Origin: Acidobacteriota bacterium
GTDB taxonomy: Bacteria; Acidobacteriota; UBA4820; DSQY01
Direction of reading: 5' to 3'
DNA: 63,972 nucleotides
Assembly (NCBI GenBank): GCA_037443845.1
Contig: JBBINO010000002.1
Coordinates: 26,468 to 90,439 of the forward strand
Shown: piece by piece, positions 36,394-46,769 of the stretch
Layout: the number at the start of each line of letters is the position of its first letter
How positions within the stretch are numbered: position 1 is the stretch's first letter
Made by a program: the position numbers and the translations under genes
Notes under the pieces: generated by a model
The model's input: the letters and a program-made list of their open reading frames with translations, nothing else
Databases searched by the model: none
Told to the model about the DNA's origin: nothing

Positions 36394-37818
36394 TCAGCCG
36401 CCCTTCTGGCCGTGGGACCGAAAGACGAGCTTGTCCATGGCCAAAAGAACGCAGAGCGCGACGAAGGCGAGCGCGCAATAGTAATACCAGATGTAATGGG
36501 CGTGGCCGTATAAAGCCGCCAGCTTGCCGGGAGCCAGCGATGGAAACTTGGCCGGGTCCGGACAATACCTGTCCAGGAGGTATCCAGACGAGACGAAGGC
36601 GACGATGGAAGCTATGGTCGTGTTGAGGTTCGAATAGCCCATGTAGAGCCCCTCCTCCCCTTTCGGGGCCTGGAGGCTGGCGAACTCGAGGTACCTCGGG
36701 CTCATGAAGCATTCGGCGACGCCCTGAATGGCTATGCCAGCTACCATCATGAGGGTGACCGGATGGACGGCCACCGAGAAGATTGAGACGGGGGCGTTGA
36801 ACAGAGCCGAGAGTGACATAGTGAAGGATGAAATCATCAGCAGGACAAACGAGACGGCTATCGAGCCAACTGGGCTCACTTTCTTCGCCAGGGCGGTCAG
36901 TGGCACGACTGCGAGGACCACTACGAGCGGGTTGACATTGGCGTACCATTCCGGGCTCGCGTCCTTTCCCATGAGCCTGATCACGTACTTCGGAAGCGTC
37001 GCGTAAAGCTGCTGCTGGATCGCCCAAAAGGCGCCGGTTATCACGATAAGCGACGTGAACTTGAGGTTTTTAAGGACGCGCGCCATCCCGCGAAAAGTCT
37101 CGGCGACCCCCTTGCCGGGGCCATCGCCGCTTCGCGCCGCCGGGAAATAAAGCGCGCTTACAAGAACGAGGGCCAGCAGCGCGAGCGCCGCCGAATAATA
37201 TGGGATGTACTCGATCCCAAGGCACGTCCTTAGGGGCTTGGCTATGCTCTTGCCGGCGAAAGAACCTATGTTCACCGTCATGTAGAAGAGGCTGAAGGCC
37301 CTCGCCCTCATCTCCTCGGAGCTGCTCTTGGCGACCGTTCCAGTGACGACGGGCTTTACGAACGAGCCGCCAACGGCCACCAGCGCGAGGAAGAATAGGA
37401 CGGAGATCTTGTAAGGAAACGCCCCAATGCCGAAGTATCCGGCCGACAGAAAGGCGAAGGCGAGGATAAGGGAGAGCCTGAAACCTATTTTGTCGGCGAT
37501 GGCGCCGGTGAAGAGCGGAAGAAAGTAGATGAGAGCCGAAAAGAGCCCGCCGATCCACCCGGCTTCAATGTCGTCAAAGCCAACGATGTTCGTGAGAAAC
37601 AGCACCAGCGCTATGAAGGCGCCGTAATAGGCCGCCCGCTCGAACAGCTCGATCCCGTTCGCGACCCAGAACGTCTTGCCGAAGCTCCATTTCCCCCGCT
37701 CCACCGGTTCCCCCATGAGGACAAGTATAACCGATTTGCGGCCGCCCATCCCGAGGCGAGACCGCAATCGCTCCTGCGATCGCTCCTTGACAAGCTGGAA
37801 AGCTGGGGATAGATTCAT
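36394..37818 (-). CDS. proton-dependent oligopeptide transporter (POT/PTR2, MFS)
   Basis: ELFERAAYYGAFIALVLFL is the ExxERFxYYG-type POT signature. GAIADKIGFR is also present, and there are about 12-14 TM helices. The start is uncertain between ATG 37818, 37749 and 37716, and none has a clear RBS. Confidence 0.85.
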   Translation of the reverse strand: MNLSPAFQLVKERSQERLRSRLGMGGRKSVILVLMGEPVERGKWSFGKTFWVANGIELFERAAYYGAFIALVLFLTNIVGFDDIEAGWIGGLFSALIYFLPLFTGAIADKIGFRLSLILAFAFLSAGYFGIGAFPYKISVLFFLALVAVGGSFVKPVVTGTVAKSSSEEMRARAFSLFYMTVNIGSFAGKSIAKPLRTCLGIEYIPYYSAALALLALVLVSALYFPAARSGDGPGKGVAETFRGMARVLKNLKFTSLIVITGAFWAIQQQLYATLPKYVIRLMGKDASPEWYANVNPLVVVLAVVPLTALAKKVSPVGSIAVSFVLLMISSFTMSLSALFNAPVSIFSVAVHPVTLMMVAGIAIQGVAECFMSPRYLEFASLQAPKGEEGLYMGYSNLNTTIASIVAFVSSGYLLDRYCPDPAKFPSLAPGKLAALYGHAHYIWYYYCALAFVALCVLLAMDKLVFRSHGQKGG

Positions 37819-37847
37819 TTTAGGGCGGTTTCGCCTGGGAGGATGCC

Positions 37848-38381
37848 ATGAAGGGAATCGCCATTTGCATGGGCGCTCTTGTGATTGGCCTGGCCGCGGC
37901 CGCTCAAGATGCCGCACCGGCGAAACCTTTTCCCCGGTACGAAGGAAAAGTCCTTTTCCAGGACGTCGTCCCGGTTGACAAGGCTTCGTCGCCCAAGCTC
38001 TACGCGAGGGCGAAGGCGTGGATCGGGGCCGCGTTCTCCAAATCCGCCATGGCCGTTCAGATAGACGACCAGGCGAACGGCGTTCTGGTCGCGAGGGTGA
38101 CGCACGACGAATATTACGGCGGCAGGCTTCCAGTCGGGTTCAACTTCACGATAACGATCGAAGTGCGGGACGGCCGCTACCGCTGGAGCTTCGACCAGAT
38201 CGAATACGACCCGGGCACATACAGCGCTCCGATCGAGGCCGAATTGACGCCAGGCGGCACCGGTGTTTATGGGCGCGAAGAGATATTTGAGTCCTTCCGC
38301 CAGTACCTGGCCGCCCTGGCCACCGACCTTGAGGCGGCGATGAAACGGCCTCCTCCCGTTCAAGCTGGCGGCGCAATCTGA
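37848..38381 (+). CDS. DUF4468-like (TBP-fold) secreted protein
   Basis: It has a signal peptide. The pattern YEGKVLFQDVVPVDKASSPKLYARAKAWIGAAF...ITIEVRDGRYRWSFDQIEY matches my memory of the DUF4468 consensus. Confidence 0.6.
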   Translation: MKGIAICMGALVIGLAAAAQDAAPAKPFPRYEGKVLFQDVVPVDKASSPKLYARAKAWIGAAFSKSAMAVQIDDQANGVLVARVTHDEYYGGRLPVGFNFTITIEVRDGRYRWSFDQIEYDPGTYSAPIEAELTPGGTGVYGREEIFESFRQYLAALATDLEAAMKRPPPVQAGGAI

Positions 38382-38470
38382 CGAGGCTTTGCCGGCGGGA
38401 TCTCTTTCCACGAATCTCTTGCACGGTTTCATGGCGGCGCCGCCGTGCTAAAATTGGCGAAGGAGGCGAG

Positions 38471-39277
38471 GTGGAGAAAGTTACCGCCGTCATCCCGGCA
38501 GGCAACGAGGCGCACCAGATAGTGGACGCGGTTCGTTCGGTCCTTTGGGCCGACGAGGTCTTCGTGGTCGTTGACGCCGCGTCGAACGATGGCACCCTTG
38601 AGGCCGCCGGGACCGTTCGCGAGGCTAACGTCCGAATCGTCTCTCACGAGTTCAACTACCCGGCGGCGCAGAAAAACTGGGCCATCCCGCAGGCCTCTCA
38701 CCCATGGGTCTTTCTTTTGGACGCCGACGAGCGGCCGGAGCCGGAGCTGGTTTCGTCAGTTAAGAAGCTCCTCGAAGGGTCCCCGAAGGCCGACGCATAT
38801 TGGGTCAAGCGCCGAAACATTTACTTCGGAAGGGCAATGCGCTTCGGCGGGCTGGACAACGACAAGGTGGTGCGCCTTTTTAGGCGGGAATGCAGGTACG
38901 ACGACGTGAAGGTCCACGAGGAGATCGCCCTCAACGGATTGAATGTTGGCGTGATCGGCCAAGGGCGCCTCGTTCACGACACCATCCGTGACTGGCCTCA
39001 CTACCTAGCAAAGAACGAACTCTATTCGCGCTGGGGAGCCGAACAGCTCTTCATGGAAGGCAAGGGCGCGGGCCTGGTCTCAATCCTCCTGAGGCCACTG
39101 CACAGGTTCCTCAAGCAGTATTTTCTTCGCCTGGGATTTCTGGACGGCGTACCCGGCGCAATCGTAGCCTTCACGTCCGCCTACTGCGTCTTCCTCAAAT
39201 ACTCGATGCTCTGGACGATGCGGAAGGGATGGCCTGCCGGCGAGGAAGATGCCGCGGATGGGCAGACGAGGCGCTAG
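38471..39277 (+). CDS. family 2 glycosyltransferase (LPS-core/WaaE-like)
   Basis: VTAVIPAGNEAHQI...VFVVVDAASNDGT...FLLDADERP shows the GT-A fold with a DxD-like DAD motif. The start is GTG. Confidence 0.85.
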   Translation: MEKVTAVIPAGNEAHQIVDAVRSVLWADEVFVVVDAASNDGTLEAAGTVREANVRIVSHEFNYPAAQKNWAIPQASHPWVFLLDADERPEPELVSSVKKLLEGSPKADAYWVKRRNIYFGRAMRFGGLDNDKVVRLFRRECRYDDVKVHEEIALNGLNVGVIGQGRLVHDTIRDWPHYLAKNELYSRWGAEQLFMEGKGAGLVSILLRPLHRFLKQYFLRLGFLDGVPGAIVAFTSAYCVFLKYSMLWTMRKGWPAGEEDAADGQTRR

Positions 39278-39400
39278 CAGGCTGTTGAAAGATTCGCATG
39301 GGCCGCGCGCAAGAGGCTTGGGGGCCATCTGCGTTGTTCCGGCTCCTAGAAATGGGATCCACCCTGTCATCGCCCCCCGTCCCCTCAACGCTCCGCCAGC

Positions 39401-39429
39401 TTGACAGGCGTTCGCCCAATCGCCATACT
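39401..39429 (+). promoter_or_regulatory. candidate sigma70-type promoter for the nfeD-stomatin operon
   Basis: I read TTGACA (39401-39406), a 17-nt spacer, then CATACT (39424-39429). This lies 27 nt upstream of the nfeD ATG. It is a pattern match only. Confidence 0.4.
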
Positions 39430-39455
39430 AAAGCCGTTAGAGAAGGGCGGAAGGC

Positions 39456-40835
39456 ATGAAACGGCTTGCTTTCGCGGTTTCCGTGGCCACTCTCCTGCTG
39501 GCGTCGCTGCCCGCGGCGGCTCAGGCCGTTTATAGAATTATCCTCGACCAGCCGATCACTCCCGTCACGCAGGAGTACGTCGTCAAGTCCATTAACAAGG
39601 CCAACTCAAGCGGCGCCGCCCTGATTATCTTGCAGATAGACACGCCTGGCGGCTTCGTCAACAGCGTCGAGGCGATCCAGCGGGCGATTCTCGAATCGAA
39701 GGCGCCCGTCGCGGCCTACGTGGCTCCCGTCAACGCGAGAGCGGCTTCGGGTGGGGCGCTCGTGGCGCTCGCCTGCGACGTGATCGCCATGGCGCCTGGG
39801 ACCGCGATTGGGGCGGCTCACCCCGTCAGCGCGATTCCCTTCGTCCCCATGCCCACGGCGCCGGAGCAAACGCCGCAGCCAAGCGGCGAAGCGCCGAAGC
39901 AGGGCCAGAAGCAGCCGGGCGAGGACGTGATGCTGCAGAAGGTTCTCAACGACCTCTCGGCCCACGCGCGCTCCCTTGCGGAAAGGCGCGGGCGCAACGC
40001 CGCGGCTTTCGAGAAGATGCTTCGCGAGAGCATCTCCCTGAGCGAAAAAGAGGCCCTCGACCAGCACGTCATCGAGCTTGTCGCCAACAGAGAGAGCGAC
40101 GTTCTCGGCTACGTGAGAAGCCACCAGATCAAGCGGTTCGACGGCGCGGTCCAAACCGTCGCCCTGCCGGTCAGCCCGGAGGTCATTCAGATCAATCCGA
40201 CGCTTCTGCAGAAGTTCCTTTTCGGACTGGCCAATCCCAATTTGACTTTGGTCCTGTTGCTCCTCGGAATCGCCGGGCTCTACGTCGAATTCAAGGCGCC
40301 GGGGCTCATCTTTCCAGGAATCATCGGAGGAATCTGCATCCTTCTCTTCGCCCTGTCAACCCAGATGCTCCCCATAAACATGGTCGGGCTCCTGCTCATA
40401 CTTTTGGGCGTCGCTTTTCTAATCCTTGAATTGAAGGTGGTCTCCTATGGTATGCTTGGCATCGGCGGAGTGGTTTCCCTTTTGATCGGAAGCCTTTTGC
40501 TCTACCGCAACAGCCCTATTCCGGAGTTGAAGGTGTCTCTATTGTTCGTCATTCCGGTGGTTCTGGCCTTTGCCGCGATACTGATCTTCCTCGTGACCCT
40601 GGCCGTGCGGGCATTCAAGAACCCCGTGATGACCGGCGACAATTTGCTGGTCGGAAAGTCCGGGACCGTGAGCCAGCCGGTAGGCCCTGGAAACAAAGGC
40701 AAGGTCTTCGTGGCCGGAGAGTATTGGGACGCCGTCTCGGAATCGCCACACGGCGAAGGCGAGGGGATTGTGGTCACCGCTGTCAAAGGAATGGTTCTGG
40801 AAGTCACGTCCGCCCCGAATGGAGGTAATCCATGA
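39456..40835 (+). CDS. NfeD-family membrane-bound serine protease (ClpP-class N-domain, TM block, C-terminal OB/NfeD domain)
   Basis: It has a signal peptide. The ClpP-like region contains [22 protein letters not shown] and GAAHPV. It is followed by 4-5 TM helices and the C-terminal segment [14 protein letters not shown]. Confidence 0.85.
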   Translation: MKRLAFAVSVATLLLASLPAAAQAVYRIILDQPITPVTQEYVVKSINKANSSGAALIILQIDTPGGFVNSVEAIQRAILESKAPVAAYVAPVNARAASGGALVALACDVIAMAPGTAIGAAHPVSAIPFVPMPTAPEQTPQPSGEAPKQGQKQPGEDVMLQKVLNDLSAHARSLAERRGRNAAAFEKMLRESISLSEKEALDQHVIELVANRESDVLGYVRSHQIKRFDGAVQTVALPVSPEVIQINPTLLQKFLFGLANPNLTLVLLLLGIAGLYVEFKAPGLIFPGIIGGICILLFALSTQMLPINMVGLLLILLGVAFLILELKVVSYGMLGIGGVVSLLIGSLLLYRNSPIPELKVSLLFVIPVVLAFAAILIFLVTLAVRAFKNPVMTGDNLLVGKSGTVSQPVGPGNKGKVFVAGEYWDAVSESPHGEGEGIVVTAVKGMVLEVTSAPNGGNP

Positions 40836-41599
40836 TCCAGTTGCTGAGTTTTCCGGCCCTTTTCGTGGTTTTCGTTTTCATCGCGTGGCTCTTCTCGTGC
40901 ATCAACATCTTGAGCGAGTACGAGCGCGGCGTCATCTTTCGGCTGGGGCGCGTGCTTCCGTTTCCAAAGGGGCCGGGGCTAATCTTCGTTTTCAAGCCAT
41001 TTGACAGGCTGGTGAGGGTGCCCCTCAGGACGGTCGTCCTGGACGTGCCCCCGCAAGACGTCATCACGAAGGACAACGTCTCGGTCAAAGTCAACGCGGT
41101 CGTTTACTTCAGGGTGTCGAACCCGCTCAACGCCATACTCCAGGTCGAAAATTACATCTATGCCACCTCGCAGCTCTCCCAGACCACGCTGCGCTCGATC
41201 CTCGGGCAGGCCTCCCTGGACGAGCTTTTGTCGGAGCGGGACAAGCTCAGCCAGGAATTGCAGACGGTCATTGACCAGCACACCGACCCGTGGGGCATCA
41301 AGGTTTCGCAGGTCGCCATCAAGCAGGTGGACCTTCCTCAGGACATGCAGAGGGCGATGGCGCTACAGGCTCAGGCCGAGAGGGAAAAGAGGGCGAAGAT
41401 CATAAACGCCGACGGCGAGTTCCAGGCGTCGAAGCAGCTCTCGGAGGCGGCCGCCGTCCTGGCCAACAACCCGCTCACGATACAGCTCCGCTACCTTCAG
41501 ACGCTCACCCAGATCGGCGCGGAGAACAGCACGACGGTCGTCTTCCCCGTGCCGATAGATTTGCTGAGCGCCTGGGTAAACAAGCAGCCGAAGCCGTAG
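40832..41599 (+). CDS. SPFH/stomatin-family protein (slipin)
   Basis: [11 protein letters not shown]..., [23 protein letters not shown] and [18 protein letters not shown] are stomatin blocks. The ATGA overlap with nfeD gives the classical NfeD-stomatin pair. Confidence 0.93.
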   Translation: MIQLLSFPALFVVFVFIAWLFSCINILSEYERGVIFRLGRVLPFPKGPGLIFVFKPFDRLVRVPLRTVVLDVPPQDVITKDNVSVKVNAVVYFRVSNPLNAILQVENYIYATSQLSQTTLRSILGQASLDELLSERDKLSQELQTVIDQHTDPWGIKVSQVAIKQVDLPQDMQRAMALQAQAEREKRAKIINADGEFQASKQLSEAAAVLANNPLTIQLRYLQTLTQIGAENSTTVVFPVPIDLLSAWVNKQPKP

Positions 41600-41608
41600 G
41601 AGCCGAAG

Positions 41609-42664
41609 ATGGAGAGGAGGGCCAAGCGCCCCTCGCAAGGGCTCGAACTGGCGCTGTACAAGGACTTGGCGCGCACCTTCCGCTCGTTCGACCTGAACAC
41701 CGTAGCCGAGGAGATGCTCGACGTTCTGCGCCGCGACCTGGGTGTGAACTACGGCTCCCTTCTGATCCTTTCCGACCACGGCCAGTACGTCGAGAGGCTC
41801 TTCAGGACCGGCTTCGGCGCCGAGCGACACGTGGCCGACCGTTTCGGCCTGACGAAGCTCGAAATTGAAGGCCTCGTCAGGGACATGATCCCGAAATACA
41901 AGGATTTCGCGGCGACGAGCGCCGCCCCCGGCGCGCTGCCGCAGGTTGACGGGAACAAGATCGAAGTGCTGGCCATGTTCCCGTTCCAGCTCGTCTACGA
42001 GTACGATGGCCTTCTTCTGCTCGCCAGCATCACCGAGCGGCAGGCCGGGCAGGGGCTGGACAGGGACAGGTTCAGGCTTTTGGAAAGCGTCGTCCCCGAA
42101 TGCGCCTTCGCCATCAAGAACGCGCTCACCGTGCGGCGGATGACCGAGCTTATCACTAAGGACGATCTGACCCTCTCGTACAACAGGCGTTTCTTCGAGG
42201 AGCACCTTTCCCAGGAGTTGGAGCGCGCCCGCCGTTACAACAGCCCTCTCTCGCTCATCTTCCTCGACCTCGACGGCCTCAGGGAGGTAAACAACCGCTT
42301 CGGTCACGCCATGGGATCGAGGACTCTCCAGGAGGCGGCGGCGCGCATAATGAACGCCGTCAGGACGATAGATAAAGTGGTTAGGTACGGCGGCGACGAG
42401 TTCTGCATCATCCTGCCCGAAACCGACTGGAAGGGGGCCATGGAAGTGGCCGAGCGAATCCGCCAGCGGCTGGCCGGCTCGCCGTTCCTGGTCGAGGAGA
42501 CGGGCGGGATAGAAATCACCGGCTCATTCGGCGTCGCCTCCTTCCCCACCCACGCCCTGAGCAAAGAGGAACTCGTCAAGAAGGCCGACGAGGCGATGTA
42601 TATAATCAAGGCTCAGGCCAAAAACGACATCCAGGTCGCCCAGCCTCTCAAGAGGTTCCCGTGA
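41609..42664 (+). CDS. diguanylate cyclase (GAF-like N-domain + GGDEF with intact I-site)
   Basis: YNRRFFEEHL, SLIFLDLDGLREVNNRFGH and RTIDKVVRYGGDEFCIILPE are present. The last block shows RxxD 5 residues before GGDEF. Confidence 0.88.
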   Translation: MERRAKRPSQGLELALYKDLARTFRSFDLNTVAEEMLDVLRRDLGVNYGSLLILSDHGQYVERLFRTGFGAERHVADRFGLTKLEIEGLVRDMIPKYKDFAATSAAPGALPQVDGNKIEVLAMFPFQLVYEYDGLLLLASITERQAGQGLDRDRFRLLESVVPECAFAIKNALTVRRMTELITKDDLTLSYNRRFFEEHLSQELERARRYNSPLSLIFLDLDGLREVNNRFGHAMGSRTLQEAAARIMNAVRTIDKVVRYGGDEFCIILPETDWKGAMEVAERIRQRLAGSPFLVEETGGIEITGSFGVASFPTHALSKEELVKKADEAMYIIKAQAKNDIQVAQPLKRFP

Positions 42665-42698
42665 TGGAATCCGCTACAGGCCGCTTGGGGACGGAGCC

Positions 42699-43784
42699 GT
42701 GAACGAGGGCCTCACCCTATCTGGCGACCTCTCTGAAATCAACCTGCCCTCTATTTTGATGTCGCTGTACCGAGAGCGCGAGACCGGAAGGCTGACGATC
42801 AACGACGGCCCAACGGTCAAGTCGCTCTACCTGCGAGACGGCAGCGTGGTTTTCGCCTCCTCATCCGACCAGGACGAGAGGCTCGGAGAATGCCTTCTGC
42901 GCAGGGGCGTGATAACGGTGGCCCAATACCTGGAATCGGCGCAACAGATAAGGCCCGGGCGCAGGCAGGGCGAGATTCTGGTGGACATGGGGGCCATCTC
43001 GCCGGAGGAGCTGGTAGAAGGCGTAATACAGCAGCTCTACGACATCATTTTTTCGCTCATTCCCTGCTCTTCCGGCTCATACAGGCTTGAACTCGAAGAC
43101 TTTCCGACAGAGGACTTGATCACGCTCAACGTCTCGATGCCTGTTCTTCTCTGCAGAGGGATGGAGCGCGTCGCGAGGTGGAGCAGCATCTACCCGGTCG
43201 TCGGCGCTCCCGACAACAGGATACGAAGGGCGCCGCTCATGCCCGCCTTCTACCACGAGCTGGAACTGACCTCCGACCAGGAGCACGTGCTCGGGTTGTG
43301 CGGCCAGGGCATTTCGATCAAGTCCCTCCTCGACGCCAGCTACCTTAATTCGTTCGAAACCTACCGTCTTCTCTGGATCGGCATAACGTTGGGCCTAGCC
43401 GAGCGCCTGATGGAAGGACGGCAGGGCGCCGAGGCAGCCCAAAACCTCGAAAGCGTCATAGACCAGTATAACGACATGTACTCGTACCTTCACCACGCGC
43501 TCGGGGAAAAGGCCGCCGAGTCGGCCACCGAGGCCATGGCCGCCGTCTCAACGGCTTACCCGGCCCTCGCGGACAACCAGCCGGGGCTGGTCCAGTATGG
43601 GCTTCTCGACGTGGACAGGCTCCTCGACGCTCTTCGCACGGGAGCCGGCGGAAACGAGGAGGCGCTGCGGCGGTTCCTCGACGAAGTTCTTTACGCCTTC
43701 GCCTTCGCCGCCCAGAAACACCTCGAACCGTCGCGCCTGCAAGCCTTCCATGCTTACGTCCAATCGCACCGGACTCAAGCCTGA
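42699..43784 (+). CDS. DUF4388 (PATAN) domain protein
   Basis: GDLSEINLPSILMSLYRERETGRLTINDGPTVKSLYLRDGSVVFASS is the typical DUF4388 opening. The start is GTG. Confidence 0.65.
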   Translation: MNEGLTLSGDLSEINLPSILMSLYRERETGRLTINDGPTVKSLYLRDGSVVFASSSDQDERLGECLLRRGVITVAQYLESAQQIRPGRRQGEILVDMGAISPEELVEGVIQQLYDIIFSLIPCSSGSYRLELEDFPTEDLITLNVSMPVLLCRGMERVARWSSIYPVVGAPDNRIRRAPLMPAFYHELELTSDQEHVLGLCGQGISIKSLLDASYLNSFETYRLLWIGITLGLAERLMEGRQGAEAAQNLESVIDQYNDMYSYLHHALGEKAAESATEAMAAVSTAYPALADNQPGLVQYGLLDVDRLLDALRTGAGGNEEALRRFLDEVLYAFAFAAQKHLEPSRLQAFHAYVQSHRTQA

Positions 43785-43801
43785 GGCTCACCGGAGGGAT
43801 C

Positions 43802-44470
43802 ATGTCCCCGAAAGCGGCTAGCGCCACCGCCCTGAGACAGCTTCTATGGATCGTCTGCGGAGTGGTCCTGCTGACTACGCTCGTGATCACGGTATCCTGG
43901 CTCTTTTCAGGAGGCTCCAGAGAGCCGGCGGCCGAACAGCAGGCGAAAATGACGACGACGGAAACGCAGACCAGGCCGGCCTTCCAGCCAGAGGCTCCCG
44001 TTCCCGGTTCACAGCGCGGCGCGCCAGTCGCCGCGCCCCAGGCTGAAGCGGAGCAACCGCCTTCGCCAACCCTGGCGGAGCCGGAGAGCGAGCCGGGGCA
44101 ACAGGCCGCCGGCGTTCCAAGCCGAAGCGAGCCGCCTTCCGCGGCTACAGGTTCAGAGGCCGTTCTCCAGAACAGCGCGCCAACAGAGACGGGCGGCACC
44201 ACGGAGGCGCAGGCGGCCGCGGCCAGCCCGCCGGACCAAGCTTCCCAGCATGGCTATGGCGTCCAGCTAGGCGCCTTCGGGGAGGCGGCAAACGCAAGGG
44301 ACCTGGCCTCAAGGCTGAAGGCACAGGGATACAAGGCCGCGCTGGAACCAAAGGGAAAGGTCACGAGAGTGATAGTCACCGGCCCGAAGACGCGCTCGGA
44401 AGCCGAGGCTCTGCGCGACGCGCTGAAGAAGAAGGGATTCCCCCAGGCCACGGTCGTGCCGCTGCCATAA
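43802..44470 (+). CDS. SPOR-domain peptidoglycan-binding protein
   Basis: It has a TM anchor and a Pro/Ala/Glu linker. The C-terminus YGVQLGAFGEAANARDLASRLKAQGYKAALEPKGKVTRVIVTGPKTRSEAEALRDALKKKG shows the SPOR fold pattern. Confidence 0.8.
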   Translation: MSPKAASATALRQLLWIVCGVVLLTTLVITVSWLFSGGSREPAAEQQAKMTTTETQTRPAFQPEAPVPGSQRGAPVAAPQAEAEQPPSPTLAEPESEPGQQAAGVPSRSEPPSAATGSEAVLQNSAPTETGGTTEAQAAAASPPDQASQHGYGVQLGAFGEAANARDLASRLKAQGYKAALEPKGKVTRVIVTGPKTRSEAEALRDALKKKGFPQATVVPLP

Positions 44471-44492
44471 CCTTTTTTGCTTCCCCCCCCTT

Positions 44493-44521
44493 CCGGCCCC
44501 ATTACATGGTCACGGGGCCGG
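44493..44521. terminator. hairpin in convergent intergenic region
   Basis: CCGGCCCC-13 nt-GGGGCCGG sits between the SPOR gene and the convergent 731-aa gene. The loop is long and there is no clean T-tract. Confidence 0.3.
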
Positions 44522-44563
44522 CGTGCCTAATCGCTCAAAAGCGAAAGATCGAACCAGGCCGCT

Positions 44564-46759
44564 CTATATTCCCTTGTTGAAGAAAACGCATCCCTCTACG
44601 CCGGCGCCCACCTTTCCGGCCTTCACTCCGGCGGTGCCTTTTATCCCGAACCCGCACTTGCTGTCATATACGAACTCGACCTTCTCGCTTATGCTGGCCG
44701 GGCTTTCAACGCCGGTGGCGTCCTTTATGACTGAAGCGGTGTCAACGCCCACGCCCACCGAAACGGCGTAGCTGCCGTCAGTGGGGTTGAACTCGGCCGA
44801 ACCCGTGAACATCCCCTTGGAACCCTCCGCGCTGATCTTGCCTGACGTATCCACGTTGATGGAGTCCGTGCCGATCTTGGTGGTCGTTTCGTCCTGCGTT
44901 TGCACCTGGCCATCCTTGCTGGAGAAGGTCTTTGAAGCCTCCACGGTGACCCCTTCATGAGGCGACATCGAGACCTTGGTCTTGATGTACTCGCTGGCCG
45001 GGCACTTCTCCTCCTTGGGCTTGACGTACTTGCAGTCCGGCGTAATCGGATCGTTGCTCTTTACGATATAGGCCTGGTAATGAACCCGGCGGATCAGCTT
45101 GTCCCCCAGGTTCAGCCACTGGTCAACCCTGATCGCGGGCCCCGACTTCTTTTCGGTTGCGAGGGTCATATGAAAGGGCCCGCGCATGGCGGGGCCCGGG
45201 GCGTCCGGCGGCAATGGCGACCAGGTTTTGATCTTCTGGACCTTTCCCACGTTTATCAGGTCAAGGTCCTGCTCGGGAATTCCCCGGATCTCGACGTTGC
45301 CATCTGGGTCCACCGTGCCGCTGAAGCTCCAGTCCCTGATCTGGTATCCTCCCTTCAGGTCGGTGGCGAAGCCGCCCTGGCCTACCATCGCGAAGGTCGG
45401 CAGCAGCCCCATGGCGGGGTTGACCGCCTTTCCCTGATAAACGTACATGACCTTGCCGTGGCCGCTGATGTGCCCGGTGGACGAAATGTCCATCGAAAAC
45501 TCCTTGGCGCAAGCAAGCGTCTGGAGGTTGACGTTCGTGCCAATCATTCCCTTCCCGAATTGGGTGTTCGCCTCCTTGGCGTTTTCACCAGAACGCGCTC
45601 TCACGTATTTGGCCTCGTAGTGGCCAACCCACTCGGGCGGGAACTGCCTCTGCTTCGCCCCGCCCGAATCGCGGTTACCCGGCTGGCCGCCATGCCCGCC
45701 CGGGCGCTCCGGGGAACCCGGAATGCCGGAAGATCCGCCAGGCGCCCCGCTCCCCGAAGAGCCGCTGGCTCCGGACCCGCTTCCACCGTTTTCGCCCTCC
45801 CCGGCTCCGGGCTCGCCTTCTCGGCCGGACCCTGGGAAGCCCTTTTCCCAGGCGGCGACGTAATACCGCTTGGCCTCTTGCTTGCGCCCCATGCAGGCGA
45901 GCGCCTTGCCGTAAGCGTATGGATAAATCCCGGTGTCGGGGGAGAGCCTCATCGCTTTTTCCAGAAGTGGCATGGCCTTGGAGCACTTCTGGCCCTTGAC
46001 GTAGGCTACTCCAAGATTTCCCAGGGGCGCGTCCAAGTTCGGAAACCACTTCGTCACCCAGGTCAGGATCGAGACGGCGTCGTCGTACTTGTCAAGCTCC
46101 ATAAGAACCATGGAGAGGTTGTTAAGGTAGACGGCGTTGTTGGGCTGGAGGCTTGAAGCCTTGGCGAAGCCATACCAGGCTTCATAGTAGTAGTTCTTCA
46201 GAAAGAAGATATTCGCCTGGACGTAGTACGCCTCGGCGAGGCCGCCCTTCACTTCGGGGGCCGTCAGTACGGCCAGATGGTCGAGGTTGCTTCTCTGCTG
46301 TTGGTTATCCTGCTGCTGAGATTCGCTCAATGTTCTGGCGATCACGCCCGCGATGTCCTGCGGCGCGCCGGGAGGATTTTCGTCGTTCAGGTCGGCCGCG
46401 CTGGTCCACGTCGAAGCGCCTGGGCCGTCGCTGAGCATCTTGAACGGCAGCGTCAGCACCGGGCCTTGCAGGGAGTACTTCTGGTTCATGCAGCCCTTGT
46501 CCATGGCCTCGAAGTGCATGGTCATGCGTCCGCCTGAAGCCCTGTAGGTGCCACTGTCCTGGAAAGTCTGGCCTGGCTGGACGGCCGAGAGCGAAACCGA
46601 GCCGTCTGCGCCGAGCATCAGCTTTATGACCGCCCCGCTCTTCGGCTTCGTCCCGTCGCTGTCCCCCACCAAGCTGTAGGTTCCCGGCAGGGACTGCGCC
46701 AGCAGGCCCATCGAAAACAGCGACAACAGAAAGACGAGCACCACCCTTCTCACCTTCAT
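44564..46759 (-). CDS. large secreted protein: N-terminal small beta domain, TPR block, Gly/Ser/Pro low-complexity linker, ~350-aa unknown beta-rich C-terminal domain
   Basis: It has a signal peptide (LLSLFSMGLLAQS). TPR-like helices occur around YYEAWYGFAKASSLQPNNAVYLNNLSMVLMELDKYDDA. The linker is GEPGAGEGENGGSGSGASGSSGSGAPGGSSGIPGSPERPGGHGG. I recognise no family for the C-terminal domain. Confidence 0.6.
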   Translation of the reverse strand: MKVRRVVLVFLLSLFSMGLLAQSLPGTYSLVGDSDGTKPKSGAVIKLMLGADGSVSLSAVQPGQTFQDSGTYRASGGRMTMHFEAMDKGCMNQKYSLQGPVLTLPFKMLSDGPGASTWTSAADLNDENPPGAPQDIAGVIARTLSESQQQDNQQQRSNLDHLAVLTAPEVKGGLAEAYYVQANIFFLKNYYYEAWYGFAKASSLQPNNAVYLNNLSMVLMELDKYDDAVSILTWVTKWFPNLDAPLGNLGVAYVKGQKCSKAMPLLEKAMRLSPDTGIYPYAYGKALACMGRKQEAKRYYVAAWEKGFPGSGREGEPGAGEGENGGSGSGASGSSGSGAPGGSSGIPGSPERPGGHGGQPGNRDSGGAKQRQFPPEWVGHYEAKYVRARSGENAKEANTQFGKGMIGTNVNLQTLACAKEFSMDISSTGHISGHGKVMYVYQGKAVNPAMGLLPTFAMVGQGGFATDLKGGYQIRDWSFSGTVDPDGNVEIRGIPEQDLDLINVGKVQKIKTWSPLPPDAPGPAMRGPFHMTLATEKKSGPAIRVDQWLNLGDKLIRRVHYQAYIVKSNDPITPDCKYVKPKEEKCPASEYIKTKVSMSPHEGVTVEASKTFSSKDGQVQTQDETTTKIGTDSINVDTSGKISAEGSKGMFTGSAEFNPTDGSYAVSVGVGVDTASVIKDATGVESPASISEKVEFVYDSKCGFGIKGTAGVKAGKVGAGVEGCVFFNKGI

Positions 46760-46769
46760 TGCGACCTCC

